18,263 nucleotides of DNA from Paraspadella gotoi (taxonomy: Eukaryota; Animalia; Chaetognatha), in contig JBJCIZ010001091.1 of the NCBI GenBank assembly GCA_051294375.1, positions 1-18,263 of the forward strand. The letters run 5' to 3'. Positions 1 to 9,660 of the stretch are shown piece after piece. The notes beneath the pieces were generated by a model. That model saw only the letters and a program-made list of their open reading frames with translations, searched no databases and was not told where the DNA came from. Numbering within the stretch: position 1 is the stretch's first letter; each line of letters begins with the position of its first letter. The translations under genes were made by a program, and so were the position numbers.

Positions 1-40
1 TAGAGTGGGGATCTGCTGATAAGCAGATCCGACTAAAAAC
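1..40 (-). mobile_element. 5' terminus of a DINE-1/HINE-like non-autonomous element running off the left edge
   Basis: Hairpin GGATCTGCT-gata-AGCAGATCC (9-30) followed by GACTAAAAA; minus strand reads TTTTTAGTC-hairpin-CCACTCTA, resembling the GACTCTATA end at ~1322 and the T-rich + hairpin start of HINEs. Confidence 0.45.
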
Positions 41-718
41 AACTGCCTGCCTTTTCAGTTATGGTAAAAAGAAAAATTCCATGTTGTTGTCCACGCCTAC
101 ATCCGGCAAATTGTGCGTGGGTCTAACGCAAAATGTGATTGACGACACCTTGTTAATCTTTTTAAGCACTTAAAATTATATTAGAAACTAAACAGGATAG
201 TAAAAATTTTCGACTGCATAGTAAGGCGAAGTAAAAATTCTAAATTTAACTTTAATTAAAATTCTAACAGGCACAATTCCGTCAAAACTTTATATCTTTC
301 CTTCCCGCTCACAAAATTTCATCTCATACTATTATGGGTTAAAATAAGTGAAAAAGAGTCAAGTAAATGTGACTCATATTTTTTTCATTTAAACTCATTT
401 TCCCACTCGACAGAAACCATTTATATCAAGCCCTTCGTCACACATTTTCCCTACCACACACAAAATTTGAACTCAAATTATTCCATCCAATTATGATTAA
501 TTAAAATATTTAATTGGTTAATAATAAGTAAAAAAGATTTTAGTAAATCGACTCTATGTTTTTCCATTTAAACTTATATCCACTCACAAGATTCCGTCGA
601 AACCTTTATATCCAGCTTCAATCACCACATTTCCTACCCATACACAAAAATTCATTTCGATCCAACCACAGCCCAATCACGAGTTAATGGGCTTTGCTAA
701 AGTGGGAGGGATGGAAAC

Positions 719-805
719 GGAATTGATTGAACTGATTAATTAATTTAGTGATTAATTAATTGACTAATTGATTAAATTAACTGATTAAATTATTTGATTA
801 TTAAT
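719..805. repeat. Low-complexity (AATTGATT/ATTA)n tract
   Basis: Repeated AATTGATT/GATTAATT/CTGATTAA words seen directly. Confidence 0.7.
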
Positions 806-1163
806 ACATCCTGCATATACATTTAATATAAAAGAAAAAAATTCATAATCAATTCGTAAAACAGGTTTTTTGTTTTTTTGTCCATTTAAACTCATTTCCA
901 CCAACGATTCCATCGAACTGGTTTGCTGTTCAAATCACACACTTTTCCTACACATACCAAAATTCCGGTCAATTCGCCCTCATCCACATCAATGAGCAAT
1001 TGGTGTTCAAATAGTGAATTATATTTTTTTGTTTTTTCATTGAAAACTCATTTCCACTCGGTACGATTCCAATCGAAACTTTATATCCCTAATCACAATA
1101 CTTCCCTACCCACACCACAAAATTTCATTCAAATCCATCCATCCAATCACGAGTGCTAAGGTG

Positions 1164-1211
1164 GGACGGACGGATGGACGGACAGACAGACAGACAGACG
1201 GACGGACGGAC
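1164..1211. repeat. (GACG)n/(GACA)n tetranucleotide microsatellite
   Basis: GGACGGACGGATGGACGGACAGACAGACAGACAGACGGACGGACGGAC seen directly. Confidence 0.95.
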
Positions 1212-1696
1212 ATCATTTTTTTGCATAATTTATCATAATTCGATGTTCTGACATGATATAAGTTAGTGCCCGACAATATTGAGGGGGCGGACCGACGGAC
1301 CGACAAAGTGAATTATAGAGTCAATTAAGAAGGTCAAATATCAAAAAAACTTATATTTTAAGCTGAAAATTAAAATTTTATATATTAAATATAGTTTTTT
1401 TAATTTTTAACCCACTTAATGAAATAATTTTTAAAAATGATTTATATTTTCTTTTATGAACTTTTGACGAGGAATTCAAATCTGCAATCAAAATTAAGAA
1501 AAGCCTATTTTGAATTTTTTCAAATTTATAAGGATAGTACTATATATAAATATAGCCTACTGCGAAAATTGAAGAACATAAAATTAATTTCTTTTACAAA
1601 TTAATGTTCACTGATGGTATGTTGTTCATAATTGACATTTAAAATTTTCGTATTTAACTTTCACTACGATCTACTGCATAGTTAAAAAAAACAGTG

Positions 1697-2375
1697 TAAT
1701 AGTCATTCATAGATGTGATGATAGTCATTCATTGACGCGATAAATTATTCATCGTAAATAAAACAAACAAATGCGTGTATGAGTGAGAGAGAGAAAGAAA
1801 GAGAGAGAGAAAAAAAAAGAGAAGTTCAACCGCTGCAGAGCTGAACTTGTTTTTTAGACGAATCAGAAGAGGCAGCGCCTTACAAAAGAAAAAAATATAT
1901 ATATATAATTTAAAAAAGTAAAAAAAACAAAAAAAATGTTTAAATTTTTTATAATTAAAAATTGTTACAATTTTTTTTAATTGTAAGTTGTAAAAGTATG
2001 TATTTTTATTTATTTTAAAATCACATGTTTCATATTGATTCAAGTATTTTTTGTAAGAATTTTTTCTTCAACATGATTTACTACAATAGACAAATTAGAA
2101 TATAGCATTCTATATACTAATTTTTATATTTATATAAAGTAATTTATATATTGCAATAAATCATAATTATAAAGAAATTCAAACAAAATATATTTGAATC
2201 CATATGAAACATTACACTTTTATAAAAATCAATCATAATTTGTAGTAGTTTTTATTTTAAATAAAACAAAATTGTAAGTTCCAGTCAAAACTTCATAAGA
2301 AAAAAGTCTCACGCTGATACAGACGATAACGACAACGACGACGACGTCACAAAGAAGCTAAATTGATCCAAAATC
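1697..2375 (-). mobile_element. HINE-like family 2, copy A (inverted, more diverged, internally deleted)
   Basis: Reverse-complement matches to copy B: GACGACGTCACAAAGAAGCT (~2340-2359) vs AGCTTCTTTGTGACGTCGTC (3727-); GTTCAACCGCTGCAGAGCTGAACT vs AGTTCAGGCTCTGCAGTGATTGAAC (~4322-4346); AAATGCGTGTATGAGTGA vs TCACTCATACACGCATTT (~4677-4694); ATAGTCATTCAT minisatellite units at 1699-1733. Confidence 0.8.
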
Positions 2376-2803
2376 TAGCAAAGACAACCAAAAACTTGTT
2401 TCTAGTTTGATTTTTTCTGCGGAAAAAAAAGTAAAAACTTCTCGACTCAGAAAGCAAAATTATTTTTGAGCTGGCATTGAAAATTTAAAATAAATTCAAT
2501 TTTTTTCTTATGTAAATAAAACTCGTGTTGTGGAGATGTTTGCTTCATGAACTAATCAAAGATTGTTGGCAATTGCGATATTGTTTTCTTAAACTTGAAA
2601 GCACAATGATATTATCTCCTGTTTGAGAAGAAAGATATAAGAGAAAAAGTCAAACAAGTTTGACTAGTTTGAGAAAAAACAAGTTTGAGCAAACAATGTC
2701 GGATCTGCCTCTGATAATTACCATGATGGAAAAAAAAAGTGTCGCGGTTTGAAAAAACCAGTTAATTTTTTTAACGTCATCTCATGCACTGTTAGTATAA
2801 TGA

Positions 2804-3346
2804 TTAAAAAGTTTAATTTCATAATGGAGTGCAGTGCAAAAAAAAGAAATTTATAAATTTTCCATATATTTCGACATAAGTTTCTATGTCATCTTCAGTG
2901 GAAGAAAAAGAATTAACAAACAAAACTTTTACAAAGTAAGAAATAGAGAAATAAAGAGAGAGAGACACAATAACAATGAAAAGGCTAAAGACTAAATGAC
3001 CTTAAAGTGGTCAGAAGAACCCAAAAAGGGTTGGCCCCCCAATGAAGACTGGGGAGCCTGCGTGAAAACTGACGCGTGGAACTGTGTCTTTAATGACTTA
3101 TGAAGGGGTGGGGGGCCAACCCTTTTTGGGTTCTTCTGACCACTTTAAGGTCATTTAGTCTTTAGCCTTTTCATTGTTATTGTGTCTCTCTCTCTTTATT
3201 TCTCTATTTCTTACTTTGTAAAAGTTTTGTTTGTTAATTCTTTTTCTTCCACTGAAGATGACATAGAAACTTATGTCGAAATATATGGAAAATTTATAAA
3301 TTTCTTTTTTTTGCACTGCACTCCATTATGAAATTAAACTTTTTAA
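2804..3346. repeat. Perfect 238-bp inverted repeat (arms 2804-3041 and 3109-3346) with 67-bp spacer; foldback/MITE-like
   Basis: Block-by-block comparison shows no mismatch across 238 bp; pairing stops at 2803/3347 and 3042/3108. Both outer ends are TTAA. Confidence 0.97.
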
Positions 3347-4370
3347 CCAGTTAATTTTATTGTCAAATATATTTTTTGGCTAATAGTTTTAATAGGTAAT
3401 ATGACCTCCCTAAGACTGAATAAAATGATTATTTTTCAACAGCATTAAATTATTCAATGCATTCAAATACATGGTGACAATTTTACAAGCGCCGGTAGAA
3501 ATATGCTGTCATTTGCAAAACAGTGGTTATTTTATTGATTTTAAAAATTAGTTGAATAGAAAATACTAAAACTATTTATGTGTTAAAATTTTATATTGAT
3601 CAGTTAAGATATGTCTTGACAATGAGTGGAGAAAGTTGGCTTGTAAAATCGGGTTTCATTTTCCAACTTACTGTTTTTATCCAGCCTACCGGCGAAGCCG
3701 GTTCTGGCTCGATATTGATTCCGGTCAGCTTCTTTGTGACGTCGTCGTCGTCGTCGGCGTCACGCTTTTTTGTATAAAAACTACTACGCTTTTATAGTTT
3801 TGGCTGGGACTTACCGTTTTTTTTAAATAAAAATTATTATGAATTACGATGAAGTTTTATAAAAGTGTGCAATCATAGTAAGTTAAAAATTTAGATATGG
3901 CTTCTCATCTTGAAATAGCTCTGATAATTTCTTATTACATTTGGATGTAAGTATTTTTTGTTTGAAATTTCCACTTCATTATGATTACTGCAATATGCAA
4001 ATGAGATTATAGTATCATTAAAAAATATCCAAAATTAGTATATAGAAATGCTTTAATCTAATTTACATATTGCAGTATATAATATTGAAGATGAAATTCA
4101 AAAAATTTTTTTAAATCTATAATAAAAATGGGAACTCAAAGGATTTTTTTAATGAGAAGCTATATCTTAATTTAATACAAGCTATGATTGGAAAAATTGT
4201 AACAATTTTCAATTGTAAACAATTGTAACATTTTTTCACTTTCTTTTATTCTTCTAAATTATATAAGTATTTTTCTTCCTATTTTTATCAGTGCTGCCTG
4301 CTTCTGAACCCTTTAAAAAGGAGTTCAGGCTCTGCAGTGATTGAACAACTGCTTTCCAGCGGATGTCACG

Positions 4371-4680
4371 CTTTTCTCTCTTTTTCTCTCTGTCTCTGTC
4401 TGTCTCTTATCTTTCTCTTCTGTCTCTCTCTCTCTCTCTTCTCTTTCTCTGTCTCTGTCTCTCTCCCTCTCTCTGGACGATCTCACGTGCGTGATCGTTT
4501 TTTGAAAAAATTTTGATTATTTTATTTCCTTTTAAAACTTTTATTATCGCCATTTACTCTGCGCTTTTTTCTCAATGCAAAATCCCAAATTTACATCCAA
4601 ATTTCCTGGATTTATTCTCTTCTTTCTCTACTTCTCATTTCTTTTCTTCCTCTCTCTCTCTCTCTTCTCTCTCTCTTCAC
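4371..4680. repeat. Two imperfect (CT)n/pyrimidine tracts (~4371-4475 and ~4613-4680)
   Basis: Seen directly. Confidence 0.9.
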
Positions 4681-4708
4681 TCATACACGCATTTGTTGTT
4701 TTCTTATG

Positions 4709-4922
4709 ATGAATGACTCATTGCGTCAATGAATGACTATAATCGCATCAAATGAATGACTATCATCGTATCAATGAATGAATTATCATCACATCAATAC
4801 ACTGACTATCATCGTCAATCAATCATTGGTTAATTTCACAATCAATCATTTGTGTTATCATCACATTCATTATTTGGTTATCATCGCATCAATTATTGGT
4901 TATCATCAACATCACATATTTG
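4709..4922 (+). repeat. ~22-24 bp minisatellite (GAATGACTATCATCGCATCAAT grading to TATTTGGTTATCATCGCATCAAT), ~9 units; resumes at 7988-8048
   Basis: Recurring TATCATC(G/A)CATCAAT core; the same units continue immediately after the inserted transposon. Confidence 0.9.
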
Positions 4923-7900
4923 CACGGTTTTCTTTTTACATGTCGATTTACCTGGCCATGGATGCACAAGAATGAGATGTCCCGGGATACGTTTCCCGAC
5001 CTTGGGCTACCCAAAAAAAGGGTAATCAAATTTTTCCCTAATGACAGTTTTTTTTATAAATTAATATTAAATTAGCTATATAAATTCAATAAAGTAAAAT
5101 AAAAAAAATTTAAAAATGGTTTTAATTTTTTAAAAAAATATAAAATATCATGCATCATCCATAATCTATAGACAATTTACTTTCGTTTTGAGTTCCATAA
5201 CCATTATTCTATCTTTAATATTTAATTTGTAATTAATTTTTCTTTATTAAATATATTATTTTAAATTTTTTTTCAAATAATTTAAATTAAAAAAAATTTA
5301 TAACTATGCCAAATGATTAAGAAAAATTTTATATTAATAAGGGACTTACCTACCTAATATAGGCCTTCAAATACACTAATATAGTAAGTTTATTATGAAT
5401 GATGTTTTGACATAAAAATAATATATTATATAAATTAATATATATGAAAAAATTTTATAATTTGATTTTTTTAAGCATATAATAATCATAATTATTAATT
5501 AATTGTTCATGGATGCTTTTTATAGCTACTGTTCAGTTGTAGTTATTCTCAATAAAATAAATAATTTAATAACCTTTTTTCTATTTTTAGTCAATACTGA
5601 CTGCTATACTTTTATTCTTACTTTACAAAATATCAGAATTACTGGTATAAAAATTATGTATGAAACAGACGAAAAACTTTTTTTTTAAATCACATGCTAT
5701 TTTAATTGTTTGAAACTGAATAATAATATTATCCTTGGATCCAAAATTTAAAAAGTTTTAAACAATCCACTAAGACATTTTTCAAGGCCAAAAGTTAGGT
5801 TGTTTAAAAAAAAACTGCAAGATGCAAAAAAGTAATATAAAAGTTATTTTCTTGAATTCTTTTAAAAAAAAAGGTAGCAAGGTGGGTTGTGGTATCAAAT
5901 TAAAGCCCTAATCATGGGACATATTCTAAGAACAGTTTTGGTTAAATTTTATCCATAAATCTTTACACAGTTTTTATTTAAATACGAGTTAAAGTATACA
6001 TTGCACGTTAAATTGTTCATATAAATTAATGAGCGATAATAAAAGTTCTTTGTTTTTCTTTTGTAAATATAAATGAGGAAATGCTGAATTATCAATTTTA
6101 ATTACATTAAATTTTCTCCTACTTTATAAATTGCTTGTATTTTTCAAGTTAAGTAAAAAACAAGCAAAAAATTTTAGTAGCTTGATTAAAAATGTTTTTT
6201 AAAATATAAAAAATGATAAATAATAAAAATGTTTTCCAGCTTGAATATAACATCTGGACGTCTACCTCTTGTCTGTGAAAAAAAAATAATCATTTTTTCA
6301 TTATCTTTAACTGCAAAGAAAAAGCTTGATATACTGCTTGTTTATCAATAATGAAAATTTTAAAAAATTACTTAACTGCTGACATATTTGAGACAAAGCA
6401 AGAACATCATTGTTGTTGAATTGTATTGATAATTTTCTTTTAAATATAACAACCTTTATAAAGGGAATTTAATTCATTATTTATCATCCATTTTAATTAA
6501 GAAAAAAAAATTCGCGGAAAAAAGGTTCATTGACTGACATTAATGATTGCATTTTTTTAAGGTTTCTTTTACTGCCCCATTACGCAAGACATAAAAGGTC
6601 TATATTATCAATGTCACTATGTATTCGATTTTCTCTACCCTTATGCCACCCTGAATTCTGAATTTTCTTTTTTCCCTTTCAAATTGTATTAAATTAAAAA
6701 AATTATAGGGAGAGAACGATCAGCATGAGGATACCGTTGGTAAGCCTTAGTTACCCACTTCCCGATCAATTTTAATAACAAGGTTTTTTTTTTTCATCTA
6801 ATTTAGAGCATAAATCTAACTATTGGTACTATTAATTTATTTTTTACATTCTTCTTTCGCGTAATCAAAAAAAACGTGTTGCGTGTCAAAAAAATTATAG
6901 AAAAAAAAGTAAAACGTTTTTCAAAAAATTAAAAAATCTATAGAGGCAATCTACCTATAACTTAACCTAACAAATATACTGATGTTAATATGTGATTAGA
7001 ACTTTGATGCGCCACTCAAATAAAAACTGTTAAATATACTGCTTTTCTGTCATATTAAAAAGGAGGCTACTGAATTAAGTTAAAACCCTACAAAGCAGTC
7101 CGAATATCAAATATTTATACATTTGACAACCTAAAATGTCTAGTTGGGATTGTTTAAAACTTTTAAATTTTTCCAAGGAATAATATTATATCAGTTCAAC
7201 AATTAAATAGCATGTGATTTAAAAAAAAAATTTTCGTCTGTTTTCAATACATAATTTTTAATCGCATAATTTTGGATTTTGTCAAAAGTAAAGTAATATA
7301 AGCAGTCAGTTTACTATAAAATAAAAAAAAGTTATAAAATTATTATAAATTGAAAATGATACAACTGACGCAAGTACTATTAAAAAGCATCATGACAATT
7401 AATTAATAATTTAAAAATTGTTATTATGCTAAAAAAAATTCAAAGTTAAAATTTTTTTTCACTATATTTAATTTTTATAAATTATTTATTTTCTATGTCA
7501 CATCATTATATATAAACCTTATATAGTTATGTATTTTGAAGGCCCTATATTAGGTAGGTAAGTCCCTTATAATAATAAAATTTTTTCTTCAATCATTTAG
7601 GCATAGTTTATAATTTTTTTATAATTTAAATTATTTGAAAAAAAATTAAAATAATATTTTAATAAAAGAAAAATTAATTACAAATAAACTATTACAATGA
7701 TAGAATAAATGGTTATGGACTCAACGAAAAGATTGTTCATAGATTATGGATGATGCATGATATTTTCAATTTTTAAAAAAAATTTAAACCCATTTTTAAA
7801 TTTTTTTATTCTACTTTATTGATTTTATATATAGCTAATTTTTAATATTAATTTATAAAAAAACTGTATTAGGAAAATTTGATTACCCTTATTTTGTGTA

Positions 7901-7987
7901 GCACCAAAGGTCCGGAAACGTTCCCGGGGACATCTCATTCTTGTGCACTCCACGCCGAGTAAAATTCGATTGTAAAAAGGAACCGTG
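4923..7987. mobile_element. Non-autonomous foldback DNA transposon, Chapaev-like (CAC...GTG termini, 4-bp TSD), ~870-bp TIRs
   Basis: Termini CACGGTT (4923) and AACCGTG (7981-7987); TTTG at 4919-4922 and 7988-7991; arms ~4923-5803 and ~7125-7987 align as reverse complements throughout (e.g. AAGGGACTTACCTACCTAATATAGG vs CCTATATTAGGTAGGTAAGTCCCTT; GCACAAGAATGAGATGTCCC vs GGGACATCTCATTCTTGTGC) with many small indels. CAC/GTG ends with 4-bp TSD are described for Chapaev; no transposase seen, so the superfamily is inferred. Confidence 0.85.
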
Positions 7988-8089
7988 TTTGATTATCATC
8001 GGCAAATCCAATCATGTTGTATCATCGCATCAATATTTGGTTATCATTGAAGATAGGCGAAATCCTATCTTTTAAGATTTTTAAATTCA

Positions 8090-8690
8090 ATTTTTATCGA
8101 GCCAGGAAATTTAGAATTTCTTCTTTGTGACGTCGTCGTCGTCGTCGTCACGCTGTTTTTATATAAAAACTACTACACTTTTATAGCTTTGGCTGAGACT
8201 TACCGTTTTTTTTAAATAAAAATTATTATGAATTATGACGAAGTTTTCCAAAATTGTGCGATGATAGTAAGTTTAAAATTTAGATATGGCTTCTCATCTT
8301 GAAATAGCTTTGATATTTTCTTATTACATTTGGATTTAAGTATTTTTTGTTTCAATTTCCACTTCATTATGATTTACTGCAATATGCAAATGAGATTATA
8401 GTACTCATTATAATATCTAAATTAGTATATAGAAATGCTTTAATCTAATTTACATATTGCAGTACATAATATCGAAGATGAAATTCAAAAAAATTTTTTT
8501 AAATCTATAATAAAAATGGGAAATCAAAAGATCTTTTTAATGAGAAGCTATATCTTAATTTCAATACAAATAAAAATAAAATCTTTTAAAACCTATGATT
8601 GGAAAAAATTGTAAAAATTTCCAATTATAAACAATTGTAACATATTTTTGCCTTCCTTTTATTTCTTTTTGAATTGTATATATTATTATA
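8090..8690 (+). mobile_element. HINE-like family 2, copy C (3'-truncated at the LINE junction)
   Basis: High direct similarity to ~3729-4265 (TTCTTTGTGACGTCGTCGTC..., TAGATATGGCTTCTCATCTTGAAATAGCT, AATGAGAAGCTATATCTTAATTT). Begins TTTTTATCGAGCCAG with the hairpin loop and right arm missing. Confidence 0.85.
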
Positions 8691-8718
8691 TATAGTATAT
8701 ATTATACTATATTTAAAT

Positions 8719-9480
8719 ATGGGTGTTACAGATGCAGCCGTTTCTCACATTCCTTAGAGGAAGGTGTCCGCCTTTGGATGATGATTGATGATGTAGTGGA
8801 GGAAGCGTCCGTGGAGATGGTGGAAGATGAAGCTGAGGAGATGGAGTGATGCTGGTGGAGCTTGGAGGATGCGTGAGGAAGGAAGCCGGTCGGTGATGGA
8901 GTTTGATGCTGGAGGTGATTCGAACTGCAGGAGCAGTGATGATAGAGAGAGAAAGGGAGGTGGAAAGGAGTGGGAAGTAGCGCGCGGGAGGTGGTGGGAG
9001 CAAAGAAAAATAAGAAGAAAGAAGAATCAGAATCCACCGCAACAGACGACAGCAGCATGATACAGGGGAGTATCCCAGGAAGCACAGGCAATTCCGCAAC
9101 AAACCAACTCCAAACTACACCTACGCAAAGATTGAACCTCACGGATCCTGATATTTTTTCACCATCCTATCAATTGATGCCGTTACGGCCTCCCGTTCCG
9201 GATCCTTTTACCACAGCGGTTGCACGATCATCTGTATTTCTGACACCATCTGAAGGGACCTTGGGCAAATATTTAAATTTCAGCATCTCCAAATTCCTCT
9301 AGGTCGGCAAATCGCTTTTCTCGCAATCTTCAACCCTCGACTTCGACATTTCTGTTTATTCCTCCAACGCCAGTGTGGCGTTTTCAAAGGACCGACTTTC
9401 ATTGCGCCGGTGCCACAGGTGCAAGGGATCGCTCAAAAGGATTCGTACTACAGCTGGAAGAGGACACAGCAAGGTGCTGA
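8719..9480 (+). pseudogene. Putative LINE ORF1 remnant (low-complexity, charged/Ser-Pro-Thr-rich; CxxC near end)
   Basis: GC-richer purine-rich segment upstream of ORF2; ORF 8970-9302 continues in frame past the TAG to ...LRRCHRCKG...GH; no family-level similarity recognised. Confidence 0.4.
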
Positions 9481-9660
9481 TTAGTATTATTATTGAATTT
9501 TTATTTTGATGCTTAATTTCATATTTAGTTCATATTTTGCAATTCATTATAGCCTATTTAATAATTTACCATCTTATGATTAGGAAGTAAAAAATATAAT
9601 ATTATAAATGCGCAGCTGATGAAGATAATACTTGAATCAGGTGGCGAGTGGCTAGCTACA

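Larger units (their letters stand above)
270..1322 (-). mobile_element. DINE-1/HINE-like element with internally multiplied core repeats
   Basis: Minus strand begins GACTCTATAATTCACTTTGTCGGTCCGTCGGTCC, then a (GTCC/GTCT)n microsatellite, then about 5 degenerate ~150-180 bp units (CATTTAAACTCATTTCCAC...CCTACC...CAAAATTTCA...CCAATCACGAG on plus; starts near 275 (partial), 385, 563, 882, 1037). Layout matches DINE-1/HINE; family assignment is inference. Confidence 0.6.
3674..8072 (+). mobile_element. HINE-like family 2, copy B (apparently complete ~1.3 kb, interrupted by the 3.07-kb insertion at 4923-7987)
   Basis: Starts TTTTTAT with 5' hairpin ACCGGC-gaa-GCCGGT (3688-3702), (GTC)n microsatellite (~3741-3761), AT-rich body shared with copies A and C, (CT)n tracts, ~22-bp minisatellite, and 3' hairpin AAGATAGG-cgaaat-CCTATCTT (8050-8071) followed by Ts. 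Non-coding. Helentron association is inferred from architecture. Confidence 0.65.

Noticed and set aside
2648-2665. Small hairpin AGTCAAAC-aa-GTTTGACT
   Set aside because: An 8-bp stem in AT-rich DNA with no associated element or gene; compatible with chance.
2804-3346. piggyBac assignment of the TTAA-bounded inverted repeat
   Set aside because: Sequence inside the TTAA starts AAAG rather than the usual CC(C/T) piggyBac terminus; TTAA is palindromic, so it cannot be proven to be a TSD here.
4709-4922. Regularly spaced ~22-bp repeats as a CRISPR array
   Set aside because: Units are contiguous and degenerate without unique spacers; eukaryotic repeat context with no cas genes.
923-5688. Short ORFs 923-1159, 1106-1306, 1729-2043, 3580-3777, 4513-4716, 4778-4975, 5503-5688
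   Set aside because: All lie in microsatellites, low-complexity DNA or non-coding transposon repeats; translations are F/I/L/S-biased with no motifs.
4923-7987. Transib/RAG-like assignment of the CAC...GTG element
   Set aside because: Flanks match over 4 bp (TTTG), not 5 (ATTTG vs TTTGA), and no RSS-like nonamer or transposase was seen; Chapaev-like is preferred, though indel noise leaves some doubt.
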